From contig JAVHLJ010000005.1 of NCBI GenBank assembly GCA_031082205.1, positions 10,269 to 74,268 of the forward strand: a DNA stretch of 64,000 nt. The letters are read 5' to 3'. A program made the position numbers and the translations under genes. This document shows positions 18,122-27,455 of this stretch, in pieces; within the stretch, counting starts at the first letter, position 1, and every line of letters begins with the position of its first letter. Below the pieces are notes generated by a model. It did no database searches. It saw nothing but the letters and a program-made list of their open reading frames with translations, and was not told the DNA's origin. Origin of the DNA: Elusimicrobiales bacterium. GTDB lineage: Bacteria > Elusimicrobiota > Elusimicrobia > Elusimicrobiales > UBA9959.

Positions 18122-18985
18122 TCAGCGCGAGGGCCGCAGTACGGCCGTCATCTCGCCCATGGTCAGGAAAAAATTACCGGACCTCATGCCGCTGGGGAGC
18201 ATCCCCGCCAGCAGGGCGCTGGCCGGGGTGAGGAGGGGGTGCGGATAGGCCGCGAACTGGGTGCGCAGGTACTCCAGATTCATCGCTTTTTTCGCCGCGG
18301 CGAAGTGCACCGCCTCGAAGCCGCATTTTTCCGCGAGAAGCGAGAGGGAGCGCCTGTTGAAATAGAAAAGATGCTCCGGCTTGTAATGCGTCCACCTGCG
18401 CCCCATGATCCTGGCCGTCAGCGAGTCCGTGTCCGGCGTCATTATCATTATCGCGCCGTCGTTCCTGAGCAGCCTGCGCGCGGCGGACAGCGCGCGCAGC
18501 GGGTCGCGCACGTGTTCCAGCAGGTCGGACATCGCGATGACGTCGAAATGACCGTCCGGGAAAGGGCAGTCCTCGATGACGCCGTGGTGAACCCTCTCCC
18601 CGCCGAACTTCTCCCGGGCGGCGGCGCTGGAATAATCGGATATCTCCACGCCGTAGGCGCGGAAGCCCCTCTTTTCGGCGGCCTCCATGAAAAAGCCCGT
18701 GGCGCAGCCCACGTCAAGTATATTGCCGCCCGCCCTGTAGCGGGAGATGAGGTCCAGCCGCAATCCGAAGGTGGCGGTCTTCATGGCCTTCAGCGCTTCA
18801 TGTTCCCGGCCTCCGGCCAGGCCCCAGGAGCCGTAATAGCCCTCGCCGTAGATGTCCTTCAGTTCCGCGTCCGTCGGTTGCGGGCTGATGAAGCGCGCGG
18901 TGCAGGATTGGCAGGCGTGCAGGGCGCCGGAGCCCAGCGGCCGGCCCTTCTTCAGCGGTCCGGATCCGCAGACCGGGCAGTTCAC
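18122..18985 (-). CDS. Class I SAM-dependent methyltransferase with an N-terminal zinc-ribbon
   Basis: Start set to the GTG at 18985, which overlaps the upstream stop (GTGA). CPVCGS...CQSC ribbon and SAM motif I ILDVGCATG. The 101 codons upstream in the track overlap the GT-C gene out of frame. Confidence 0.75.
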   Translation of the reverse strand: MNCPVCGSGPLKKGRPLGSGALHACQSCTARFISPQPTDAELKDIYGEGYYGSWGLAGGREHEALKAMKTATFGLRLDLISRYRAGGNILDVGCATGFFMEAAEKRGFRAYGVEISDYSSAAAREKFGGERVHHGVIEDCPFPDGHFDVIAMSDLLEHVRDPLRALSAARRLLRNDGAIMIMTPDTDSLTARIMGRRWTHYKPEHLFYFNRRSLSLLAEKCGFEAVHFAAAKKAMNLEYLRTQFAAYPHPLLTPASALLAGMLPSGMRSGNFFLTMGEMTAVLRPSR

Positions 18986-20193
18986 CTGGAGGCTCCCTTG
19001 ATCTTCCCGGCGGCGCCATGGAGGAAGACCAGGCCGGCGGCGCAGAACATGAGCATGAAATGGTCGTAGGGCAGGCGGTACCTGGGGGTGCCGAGTATCA
19101 CGCTGTGCATCAGGGATACGTAAGCCAGGTATAGCAGCGCGGGCAGTAGGGGGACGATATTCGACCTCGTGATCATGAAAAAGCCGCAGACGGCCGCGGC
19201 GAGCAGGAGGTAATGCGCTGACTGGTAAAGCGCGCCGTAGAGCGGGGAGATATCGGAGATCATCACTTTCCCTATCGGGAGGGTCCATAGGCGCCAGAAG
19301 TTCCTGGCCAGCTTGAGCGAGTAATCGAAGGGATTAGTGAGCGCGTACTTCATCACCTTCCTTCCGACTATGCTTTCCATCTCGTGGCGGGGCAGCTCCG
19401 CCAGCTCCGGGTATTCCCGCAGCGGGCTTAGTTCTCTTATCCTGTCGCCGTCCCAGGCGTCGTCCTGTATGGCGTACCACATCAGCCAGCCGCTGCCGGT
19501 GTTGACCGCCAGGAAGCCGCCGTGGGCGTAATAGTTGCGCACCGTCCAGACGGATATCAGGGCGGTGCTTATCGCGGCGTAAAGGACGAACCCCTTCAGC
19601 AGGCCGCGGAAGCGTCTGAAGAGCATGACCGGCAGCAGGAAGAGGGGGAAAAGCAGCGTGGGGGCCCGGACGAGGACGGCGACGCCGTGCAGTATCCCGG
19701 CCAGGGCGAACTTCCGGTTGTCGCCCTCCTTGAAGGCCCTGGTAAGCAGCAGGCATTCCCAGAGGAAAAGGAACATGAAAAGGCATTCGGTCAGCCGCAC
19801 GTTGCTGTAAAGTATGAAGGGCGGGTAGGCCGCCGCCAGGAGGCCCGCAGCCAGGGCGGCGGACGGCGGGAATATGAGCCCGGTTATGGTCATGAGCAGC
19901 ACGGCGCTGCCCGAGTCTATGAAGCACTGGAGCAGCCTGACGGCGAATTCGCTGTGGCCCGTGACCGAATATACCGCGGCCAGGAAGAGCGGGTAGACGG
20001 GAGGGCGGCCGTCGGTCGGCCGGCCCGGCGCCTCGATGAACCCGTTGCCCTGCATCAGGTTCACCGCCACGGCCTCGTAGGCCTTGGCGTCGAAGCGTTC
20101 GTAGGCTTCGGGAATGGACGGCGCGCCGAACAGGAGCCCGAGGCGCAGGGCCAGTGCCGCGAGGAATACGTAAAGCCCGGCCTTCGATCTCAT
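18982..20193 (-). CDS. GT-C fold membrane glycosyltransferase (ArnT/PMT-like, GT39/GT83)
   Basis: 403 aa with about 10 TM helices. The first loop carries an acidic/aromatic motif (ERFDAKAYE). PMT_2-like layout. Confidence 0.7.
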   Translation of the reverse strand: MRSKAGLYVFLAALALRLGLLFGAPSIPEAYERFDAKAYEAVAVNLMQGNGFIEAPGRPTDGRPPVYPLFLAAVYSVTGHSEFAVRLLQCFIDSGSAVLLMTITGLIFPPSAALAAGLLAAAYPPFILYSNVRLTECLFMFLFLWECLLLTRAFKEGDNRKFALAGILHGVAVLVRAPTLLFPLFLLPVMLFRRFRGLLKGFVLYAAISTALISVWTVRNYYAHGGFLAVNTGSGWLMWYAIQDDAWDGDRIRELSPLREYPELAELPRHEMESIVGRKVMKYALTNPFDYSLKLARNFWRLWTLPIGKVMISDISPLYGALYQSAHYLLLAAAVCGFFMITRSNIVPLLPALLYLAYVSLMHSVILGTPRYRLPYDHFMLMFCAAGLVFLHGAAGKIKGASR

Positions 20194-20194
20194 T

Positions 20195-21592
20195 TCATTT
20201 CTCCCCGAACCAGGTATTGGCCGCCAGCGCGGCGGCCTGCTTGACCTGGCGCGTCAGGTCGTAGAGGGACCTGATCCGGGCCAGGCGCCTGATGATATAG
20301 CGGGGGTTGAAGTAGAAGGCCGATACGGCTCGCCTGCGGTATGCCGCTATCTCCGCGCGGGAAAGCGTCCTGCTGGCCATGGCCACCTCCGCGCCGGACT
20401 GGTCCATGACGGCGAAATCCCCGTCGACGAGGCCGTGGGAGATGGCCTCCTCCCTGAGGGGGGTCCCCATGCGCGGTACCGCGACGTTGATGGAGGCGTA
20501 GTCGAGCTTTATGGTGCGGAGAAGGTCCAGCGTCCGTTCCATCGTCTCGCGGGTCTCCTCGGGCAGGCCCAGGATGAATGTCCCGACCGTTTCTATGCCT
20601 ATGGCGGCGCAGTGGTCGATGGCGGATACTATCTGCGCGCGCGTGTAGCCCTTGCCGTATTTTTTAAGTATCTCGTCGGAGCCGGACTCGACCCCGAAGA
20701 TGACGGTATGGCAGCCGGCCTCCCGCATCAGCGAGAGCAGTTCCGGGTCGGCGACGTCGACCCGGGAGAAGCAGGTCCAGCCTATGCCCAGGCCCGCGCT
20801 TATCATGCGTCGGCACAGTTCCCTGGCCTCTTCCTTGCGCGCGCCGAAGGTCTGGGTGTGGAAAAGGACCTCGGTGATCCCGAGACTTTTGATATGCCCC
20901 AGCTCGGCCATCACTGAATCCGGCGTGCGGGACTTGAACCCGAGGGTGCCCATCACGCAGAAGCTGCAGTGGAAAGGGCAGCCGTAATCCGTCAGGACCG
21001 TCGCGAAACGCCTGCTCCTGACGAAGGGGTGGCGGTATCCGCGGCCGGAGAAGATCTCGTGCCGGGGCACCGGTATCTCGAAACGCGGGGCGGGCTTGCC
21101 CGGCGCGGGCCGCAGCACTTCGTCCCCCGAGCGTATCAGCATGCCGGCGGCCGAAGCCAGGTCGCCCTTCAGGTATGAGAGGATGCCGGGGGTGGTGAAA
21201 TCGAGGAGCAGGGCGTCGAGGGGGGATCCCGGGGCCAGGTACCTGTCGCCGCCCTCCCGGAAAGCGTCGCCTATCCCCACCAGCCTGGCTCCCGGGCAGG
21301 CCGACCTGACCCTGGCGGCGAAGGCCAGGTCCTCCGGCAGGCTGACCGAGCCGAACAGGGAGATCACGGCGAAAGGTCCGAAGTCCCGTATCCGCTCGAG
21401 CGTCCTTTCGGGGGAAAGTTTCTCCGCCATGGCGTCGACGAGCCCGATCTCGTACTCGCCCGCCAGTATGCCGCTCAGGACGACGAAGTCCACCGGGTGG
21501 GTCAGGTAGTCGGCCTGCGAGACCTTGCTGCAGAAATAATCGCGTATGTAGAGGCGCTCGCCGGGGGGATTGAGCAGCAGTACTTTTTTCAT
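20195..21592 (-). CDS. B12-binding-domain radical SAM enzyme (paralog A)
   Basis: Start trimmed to the ATG at 21592 (MKKVLLLNPP), an ATGA overlap with GT9. N-terminal Rossmann-like B12 domain, CPFHCSFC (CxxxCxxC) cluster motif and GVESGS. Confidence 0.85.
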   Translation of the reverse strand: MKKVLLLNPPGERLYIRDYFCSKVSQADYLTHPVDFVVLSGILAGEYEIGLVDAMAEKLSPERTLERIRDFGPFAVISLFGSVSLPEDLAFAARVRSACPGARLVGIGDAFREGGDRYLAPGSPLDALLLDFTTPGILSYLKGDLASAAGMLIRSGDEVLRPAPGKPAPRFEIPVPRHEIFSGRGYRHPFVRSRRFATVLTDYGCPFHCSFCVMGTLGFKSRTPDSVMAELGHIKSLGITEVLFHTQTFGARKEEARELCRRMISAGLGIGWTCFSRVDVADPELLSLMREAGCHTVIFGVESGSDEILKKYGKGYTRAQIVSAIDHCAAIGIETVGTFILGLPEETRETMERTLDLLRTIKLDYASINVAVPRMGTPLREEAISHGLVDGDFAVMDQSGAEVAMASRTLSRAEIAAYRRRAVSAFYFNPRYIIRRLARIRSLYDLTRQVKQAAALAANTWFGEK

Positions 21593-22758
21593 CTGGCCAG
21601 TTTCTTTTCGACCTCTTTCAGCACTTCTTCCGGGTCTATGGCCTGCATGCACCTGGCCTCGGTCCAGTAGCAGCGGACGGATTTGCGGTCATGGACGTTG
21701 ATGCAGGGACTGCATTCTATGTTCTTGAAGAACACCGAATGCCCCTCCCCGAGCGGGCCGTAGATGACGGGAGTTTCGGGGCCGAAGAACGAGACGGTGC
21801 GCGTGCCCATGGCGGCGGCCAGGTGCAGCGGGCCGCCGTCGTTGGAGATCACGAGCTTCGCGCCTTCCAGGAGAGCGGCCAGCTGCGTGACGGAAAGCCT
21901 GCCGGAAAAGTCCAGAGCGCGGGGGCTGTTCAGCCGGCGGTGCATCTCCCGGACATAGGGGGTCTCTTTCCCCGACCCGGTGAGGACGACATGGGGCCCT
22001 CCGCGTTCGATAAGTCCTCCCAGGAGTCGGGCGAAACTGTCGGCCGGCCAGCGGCGTTCAACGCTCAGGTCGCCCGCGCTGACATAGGCGCAGACGTATC
22101 CGCCGGAGGCCCCGCCCGCCTCCAGCATCCCTTTCACCGCGTCCCGGTCCGCCTGGCTTATTAAAGGCCTGACCGGTTCCAGCTTCTCCTTTTTCACCAG
22201 GCCGATGTGGGTGCCGAGGGCGTAAAAGCTGTCGCTTATGTGCCAGTACCTGTTGAAGGGGACCCTTATGGTGTGTATGTTTCCCCGCCAGGTCTCCCAG
22301 GCGTGATAACCCACCTTGACCCTGGCGAAAGTGAAGAAGGAGACTATCGCCGAAAAACGGGTGAAGAATTCGAAGTCCAGGACCAGGTCGAAGCGTTCCT
22401 TCCAGAGATAGCGCATGACCGACGCGAAGGACCCCGCGAAAGCGGCCCAGCCCCCGTCGATGTCCAGGGTCACGATATCGTCGAAAAGACCCAGCGCCCG
22501 GCTTATCTCGCGGTTCCTGCCCAGGGTAAGGAAGACGAGCCTGGAGCCGGGATAGGTCTTCCTGAACTCGGCCAGGGTCGGGGCGAGCAGGAGTATGCTG
22601 CCCATGCCGAAGAACTTCATGGCCAGGGTCCTGCGTATCTCCTCGCCGCGCAGGGCGGGGGCCTCCCGCCGGAAGAGGCGGGTCAGGACCGTGAGCAGCA
22701 GGCAAAGCGGCAGGCCGGCGTACTTGTCCAGGAATTTAAGGAGATTTATGTTCATCAT
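21589..22758 (-). CDS. Glycosyltransferase family 9 (heptosyltransferase-like)
   Basis: C-terminal GT9 signature ...LVISNDGGPLHLAAAMGTRTVSFFGPETP. 389 aa. Confidence 0.8.
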   Translation of the reverse strand: MMNINLLKFLDKYAGLPLCLLLTVLTRLFRREAPALRGEEIRRTLAMKFFGMGSILLLAPTLAEFRKTYPGSRLVFLTLGRNREISRALGLFDDIVTLDIDGGWAAFAGSFASVMRYLWKERFDLVLDFEFFTRFSAIVSFFTFARVKVGYHAWETWRGNIHTIRVPFNRYWHISDSFYALGTHIGLVKKEKLEPVRPLISQADRDAVKGMLEAGGASGGYVCAYVSAGDLSVERRWPADSFARLLGGLIERGGPHVVLTGSGKETPYVREMHRRLNSPRALDFSGRLSVTQLAALLEGAKLVISNDGGPLHLAAAMGTRTVSFFGPETPVIYGPLGEGHSVFFKNIECSPCINVHDRKSVRCYWTEARCMQAIDPEEVLKEVEKKLAR

Positions 22759-22782
22759 TTCCGGGTCCGGGCCTTTCGCCGG

Positions 22783-24204
22783 CTATTTTTTCAGGAGGTG
22801 ACCGTAGTTCTTGAGCGCGAAGACGCAGGTCCTGAAAAAACTCCTTTTCTCGCTCTTTAGGAATATATAAAAATACACGGCGCCGAACCATAGCTTGAAC
22901 AGCGGGTTGGGCGGCAGTTTTATCAGCAGCTTCACCAGGGGCAGGGTCCAGGGCCAGAGGACGGCGGTCTGGAAGAACTTGTGCAGGTTCTCTATCCTGC
23001 GTATGCCGGGCATCCTGAGCTGGGAGTCTATGAAGAAGGAACCGGAGATGGAGTCGGGGCTGAAGTCCTTGTCCAGGTAGCCCCGCTCCTGGGCGTAGAC
23101 GGTGAGGGCGGTGCGGGGGTAAGGGGAGAAAATGGAGCACCAGGGATAGTCGGCCTTGATACGCACGTTCATGCGTATGGTCCCGAACGCGTCCTCGAGC
23201 GTCTCGTCCGGGAGACCGACAATGTTGTAAGTCCTGAAAGGCAGGCCCGCCTCGTGGAGCATGGCCGCGGCCTTGTATATGTCGGCGTCCTTTATCCCTT
23301 TTTTGAGGACCTTGTTGCGGAGAGCCTCCGAGCCGGTCTCTATGCCGAAGAAGACGCTCCTGCAGCCGGCGTCCCTGAGCCGCCGGGCGTAGTCGGGGCT
23401 GGCGCTCATTATGTCCGCCCGCGCCAGGCACAGGAAGTCGAGCCCTATCTCCCGCCTGTATTCCTCGAGGAAGCCGTAAAGCCAGCGCTTGTCCAGCCCG
23501 AAGACGTCGTCACAGAAATAGACGGTCTTCACCTCTCCCTGTTTTTTCAATTCGCGCAGTTCCTCTATGACTTTGGCCGCGCTGCGCACCCTTACGTGGC
23601 GCCCCTTGTCCCGGTAAAGGTCCCTTATGCTGTCCTCGAAGCAGAAAGTGCAGTGGAAGGGGCAGCCCCGCGAGGTTATGACGTTCCTGACGCTGCGGTC
23701 CGCGCCGGCCCCCAGCGCGCGGTAGAGCGTGCGGTCCGGGAAGGGGTACTCGTCGAGGTCGGCGCGCAGCGTCCGCACCGGGTTCCTCGTTATGACGCCG
23801 CCGGTCTTCACGTGAAGGTTGGCGATGCCGGAGATGTCGCCGCCGGCGTCCAGCGCGTCCAGCAGGTCCAGGACGGCGTCCTCGCCTTCGCCCCTGCAGA
23901 TGACGTCCACGCCTTCCTCCTCGATGAATTCGGGGAAGAAGGTGGGATGCGCGCCGCCGAAAAGCGACAGCGCCCGGTACCGCGCTTTCAGGGCTTTCGC
24001 CGTCTCCCTGGCCCAGCGGTGGGACCCGGTCATGATGGAGAAGGCTATCACGTCCGGCCTGAACGAATCCATGACGCCGTAAAAATCCTCCGGCCGGCCG
24101 CCCAGCGCCAGCTCGCAGGCGTGCCTCCCCTTCACGGCCGCGGATATGTACATCGGCCCGAGGAACTCGTACTCGATGTTCTGCAGGAAAAGGAGTTTGG
24201 CCAT
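22783..24204 (-). CDS. B12-binding-domain radical SAM enzyme (paralog B) with a hydrophobic C-terminal tail
   Basis: Start trimmed to the ATG at 24204 (MAKLLFLQN), a TAATG overlap with paralog C. SRGCPFHCTFC motif. The last ~60 aa are rich in W/F/L/Y. Confidence 0.85.
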   Translation of the reverse strand: MAKLLFLQNIEYEFLGPMYISAAVKGRHACELALGGRPEDFYGVMDSFRPDVIAFSIMTGSHRWARETAKALKARYRALSLFGGAHPTFFPEFIEEEGVDVICRGEGEDAVLDLLDALDAGGDISGIANLHVKTGGVITRNPVRTLRADLDEYPFPDRTLYRALGAGADRSVRNVITSRGCPFHCTFCFEDSIRDLYRDKGRHVRVRSAAKVIEELRELKKQGEVKTVYFCDDVFGLDKRWLYGFLEEYRREIGLDFLCLARADIMSASPDYARRLRDAGCRSVFFGIETGSEALRNKVLKKGIKDADIYKAAAMLHEAGLPFRTYNIVGLPDETLEDAFGTIRMNVRIKADYPWCSIFSPYPRTALTVYAQERGYLDKDFSPDSISGSFFIDSQLRMPGIRRIENLHKFFQTAVLWPWTLPLVKLLIKLPPNPLFKLWFGAVYFYIFLKSEKRSFFRTCVFALKNYGHLLKK

Positions 24205-25658
24205 TAGTCCCGCGCCCCGCCCCCGCCCTGGCGCCTGCTCTTGAGCAGCCACTCCATGAGCGCCATGAACCCCCTGAAATAGATGGCGGCGTGCCTGAGG
24301 CTGCGTATCCTGAGGAGGTAGGACAGGATTATCCTCGGGCGGAAGTAGAAGCCGCGGAAGGCCCGCTTGGAAGCGGCCTCGAGCCCGGCGGCCGTCAGCC
24401 CGTGCGGCACGAAGACGGGCAGCCAGCCGTTGAGCCGGCTCCAGTCCCTGTCGAAGGTCCCGTATTCCTCCGCGTGATCGTAGAGCCAGGAGCCCGGGAA
24501 CGGGGTCGTGAACGAGAAATGCGCCTCGTCCAGGGGCAGTTCCCTGGAAAAGCGTATGGTCCGTTCCAGCGTGGCCGGCGTTTCGCCGGGATGTCCCAGC
24601 ATGAAGAAGCCGCAGGGGCTTATCCCCGCGTCGCGGGTCATGCGCACGGCGTCGCGGACCTGGCGCGTGGTGGTGTTCTTCATTATCCGCGCCAGTATCT
24701 CGTCCGAGCCGCTCTCCACCCCGTACCAGATCTGCCAGCAGCCGGCCTCTTTCATGGCCTTGAGCAGCTCCGGGTTCACCATGTCCACCCTGCCCGCGCA
24801 GGTCCAGACCAGGTCCAGCCGGGCCTCCTTGAGCAGCGCGCAAAGCTCCAGCGTGCGGCTGCGGTAGGCCGTGAAATTGTCGTCGCGGAGCTGTATCTCG
24901 CGCACGCCGTGCCTGTGGTAGAGCTCCTTTATCATCCCGAAAGTGTACCGCGCGCTGTAGGCCCGCAGCACATTGCCGAACACGCTGCGGTCGCAGAAAG
25001 TGCATTTGCCCGGGCAGCCGCGCGAAGCCACCAGCAGGGCGGCGGGTATACGCTTGAGAGTATGCACCGGCGGGCAGTAATACCGTGTCAGGTCCGGCAG
25101 CAGTTCCCAGGCGGGCATGGGCAGTTCGTCCATTTTCCCGACGCGCTCCCTCGGCGCGGTCCTGGCCGTTCCGGCCGGCGTGCGCAGTATGAGGCCTTTT
25201 ACCCCGGAGAGGTCCCGGCCGGAATCCAGGGCCTCGAGCAGTTCCACTATGGTGTGGTCCGCCTCGCCTATGACCCCGAGGTCGAACTGGGGGTATCTTT
25301 CCATGGTCTCGGAGGGCAGGGCCGTCAGATGGGGGCCTCCTATCATGACCACCAGGTCCGGGTCGGCCTTTTTCAGCCGGGCGGCCAGCTCGGCCGCGTG
25401 GCCTATGGAGATGGTGACGGCCGTTATGCCCACGTAGCCGGGGGACCGTTCCAGTATCGAGGCGACGGTTTCCGGGTATCCCAGCCCCAGCGCGGCCGCG
25501 TCCAGTATGGACGTATCGAAGCCGCGGGCCCGCGTCATCGTGGCCAGGCACAGCAGGCCCAGGGGCGGGGTCTGGCCCCCGCTCTGTGACTTTACCCCGT
25601 AGCGGTCCTCGATGGAAAGTGGAGGATTTACGAAAATTATTTTTTTACTGCGGCCCAT
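24204..25658 (-). CDS. B12-binding-domain radical SAM enzyme (paralog C)
   Basis: MGRSKKIIFVNPP N-terminus, SRGCPGKCTFC motif, YGVESGSDEIL and a C-terminal FYFRPRIILSYLLRIRSL segment shared with paralogs A and E. Confidence 0.87.
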   Translation of the reverse strand: MGRSKKIIFVNPPLSIEDRYGVKSQSGGQTPPLGLLCLATMTRARGFDTSILDAAALGLGYPETVASILERSPGYVGITAVTISIGHAAELAARLKKADPDLVVMIGGPHLTALPSETMERYPQFDLGVIGEADHTIVELLEALDSGRDLSGVKGLILRTPAGTARTAPRERVGKMDELPMPAWELLPDLTRYYCPPVHTLKRIPAALLVASRGCPGKCTFCDRSVFGNVLRAYSARYTFGMIKELYHRHGVREIQLRDDNFTAYRSRTLELCALLKEARLDLVWTCAGRVDMVNPELLKAMKEAGCWQIWYGVESGSDEILARIMKNTTTRQVRDAVRMTRDAGISPCGFFMLGHPGETPATLERTIRFSRELPLDEAHFSFTTPFPGSWLYDHAEEYGTFDRDWSRLNGWLPVFVPHGLTAAGLEAASKRAFRGFYFRPRIILSYLLRIRSLRHAAIYFRGFMALMEWLLKSRRQGGGGARD

Positions 25659-25781
25659 GTCAGAGTCCGTTAGCGTTCCGGCGATGTCGCGGATATACGG
25701 GGATCTCCCGGCGGAAAAGCCCCTCCCCGGACAACAGATTGTATCAAATAGGCGCGAAGCGGAGGGGGGCCGGCGCGGCGG
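25659..25781 (-). promoter_or_regulatory. Largest intergenic spacer inside the glycan locus; possible internal promoter
   Basis: 123 bp. The minus strand reads ...TTTGATACAATCTG... (TACAAT -10-like) followed by imperfect GC stems. No clear SD precedes the paralog C ATG. Confidence 0.25.
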
Positions 25782-27455
25782 TCAGACCCTCCGGAAGATC
25801 CTTATCTCCCCGGGGGTATAGAGTATGGGCGTCGGGACCGCGGGCAGCGGCCAGGCCGCCGCGCGCGAGAAGGCGCTGGAGAAGGAGGCCGCCTCCGAGT
25901 AGCCGGCCTCGAGTATCTCCCGGAACGCGCCTGGACGGCCTATGACCTTCGCCTCCAGGTCCGATATGAGAACGAAGTCGGGCCTTTTTTCCTTCAGGAG
26001 GGCGATGTCCCCGAAAGAGACCCAGTCGCTGGACGAGACGGACACGATCGCGGCGCCGTTGAGCAGACCGTGGTCCGGATGGCGGTAATGCCGCTCGACC
26101 AGGCCCGGGTTGAACCAGGAAGGCTCGCGCGCCATGCCGATGGAACTGCCCGGCGGGACGTTCCTTTCCAGCCATCCGGAGGCCAGGTCCCTTATATCCG
26201 GCGCCCCGCGCAGCCGCAGGTATTCCGCGTTGAAGACGGCGGCGTGGGCCAGTATGACCGCCAGGGCCAGCCAGGCCGCGACGGGCCGCCTGCCCAGAGC
26301 GGCCGCCAGGAACCTGCCGCCCAGCAGGGCCGCCATCGGCATCAGCGGGAGAATGCGCCCGGCGGTGGACTCCCTGCCGGCCTTGGCGAATATAAGAGAC
26401 ATCAGCAGCACCCAGGCCATGACGAACCAGTCGGCGCGCGTGCGGGCTTTTACAGCGAGCGCCGCGCCGGCGAGACAGGCCAGCAGTGCCGGGACGCCGA
26501 ACCCCTCGGCGGCGCTCAGAGAGACGGCGAATAACTTTTCCAGCGGACCGTCCGCGTGGCGGAGCCCGGCGGCCGTGGTCTTTATCAGTTCTATCCCCTT
26601 AGCGAAGCTCGGGTAATCGAGGATGGTGTAGGGGGAAGTGGCCAGGAAAAACAACGCCGCCGCCCCGGCCGCCGACAGCGCCTTGAGAGGGGACCTCTCC
26701 CCGGCCGGCCTCATCAGGAGGGCGACGGGGATCATCGCCAGCAGCGGGGCCGAAGAGAAGCGCGTGGCCGTGGCCAGCCCGGCGCAGGCCCCGCCCAGGA
26801 AGAAATCCCTGCCGCCCCCGGACTCGGCCGCCTTCCAGAGGAAATACAGCGAGAGAGCCGCCCAGAAAGTCTCCGGCACGTTCTTGACCAGGTAGGCCGA
26901 GTAGACTATGTGGGACGGCATCACCGCCAGCAGCATCGCGGCGAAGACCGCCGCCGTTTCGCCGTATGTCCGGCGGCCCAGCAGGTAGACCACCCAGATG
27001 GTCAGGAGTCCGAAAGCGGCGGACAGGCCCCGCCCCGCTATGTAGAAACGGCCCCACTCCTCCGGGTGCGAGTAGTAGAACTCCTTGTCGGGGACGAGTT
27101 TCAGCCAGCCGGACAGCGAGAGAGCCTTGAGCGCCGCGGCGTAGAGATAGGTGTGGAAGGTGCCGCCGGACAGGGCCAGCGGGTCCTTCTCGCTTACCGG
27201 GTTGAAATCGAGCCTGGACGGGTCCATCGCCTGTATCGAGACCAGGATGGTGTACTCGTCGCTGTTGTAGGTGTTGAGCTGCGTGGTCTCGCCGGGCAGC
27301 TTCCAGAATACGGCGGGAAGCCGCAGCGCCGCGGCGGCCAGGAGGACGACGGCTATCCAGACCAGGCCCCGGGCGCGGCGTCCTCCCGTACTCCCGCGGT
27401 CCGGGTCTCCGGCGGGAGAGGCTGTTTCCTCGCGGTCGGGGACGGGGCGTTTCAT
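25782..27455 (-). CDS. GT-C fold membrane glycosyltransferase (ArnT/PMT-like, GT39/GT83), second copy
   Basis: 557 aa. The first periplasmic loop has YNSDEY (DE motif), followed by >10 TM helices and a soluble C-terminal domain. ATGA overlap with the upstream GT2. Confidence 0.7.
   Translation of the reverse strand: MKRPVPDREETASPAGDPDRGSTGGRRARGLVWIAVVLLAAAALRLPAVFWKLPGETTQLNTYNSDEYTILVSIQAMDPSRLDFNPVSEKDPLALSGGTFHTYLYAAALKALSLSGWLKLVPDKEFYYSHPEEWGRFYIAGRGLSAAFGLLTIWVVYLLGRRTYGETAAVFAAMLLAVMPSHIVYSAYLVKNVPETFWAALSLYFLWKAAESGGGRDFFLGGACAGLATATRFSSAPLLAMIPVALLMRPAGERSPLKALSAAGAAALFFLATSPYTILDYPSFAKGIELIKTTAAGLRHADGPLEKLFAVSLSAAEGFGVPALLACLAGAALAVKARTRADWFVMAWVLLMSLIFAKAGRESTAGRILPLMPMAALLGGRFLAAALGRRPVAAWLALAVILAHAAVFNAEYLRLRGAPDIRDLASGWLERNVPPGSSIGMAREPSWFNPGLVERHYRHPDHGLLNGAAIVSVSSSDWVSFGDIALLKEKRPDFVLISDLEAKVIGRPGAFREILEAGYSEAASFSSAFSRAAAWPLPAVPTPILYTPGEIRIFRRV

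Noticed and set aside
24205-25551. N-terminal 449 codons of the 922-aa track ORF 22783-25551
   Set aside because: This part overlaps radical SAM paralog C out of frame and is Arg/Pro/Gly-rich nonsense. The real gene starts at the ATG at 24204 (MAKLLFLQ), where the B12-domain homology begins. Analogous trimming was applied to 40926-44369, 46449-48362, 46237-47238, 33830-35203, 51735-53639, 13826-15061, 18122-19288 and 5062-9042.
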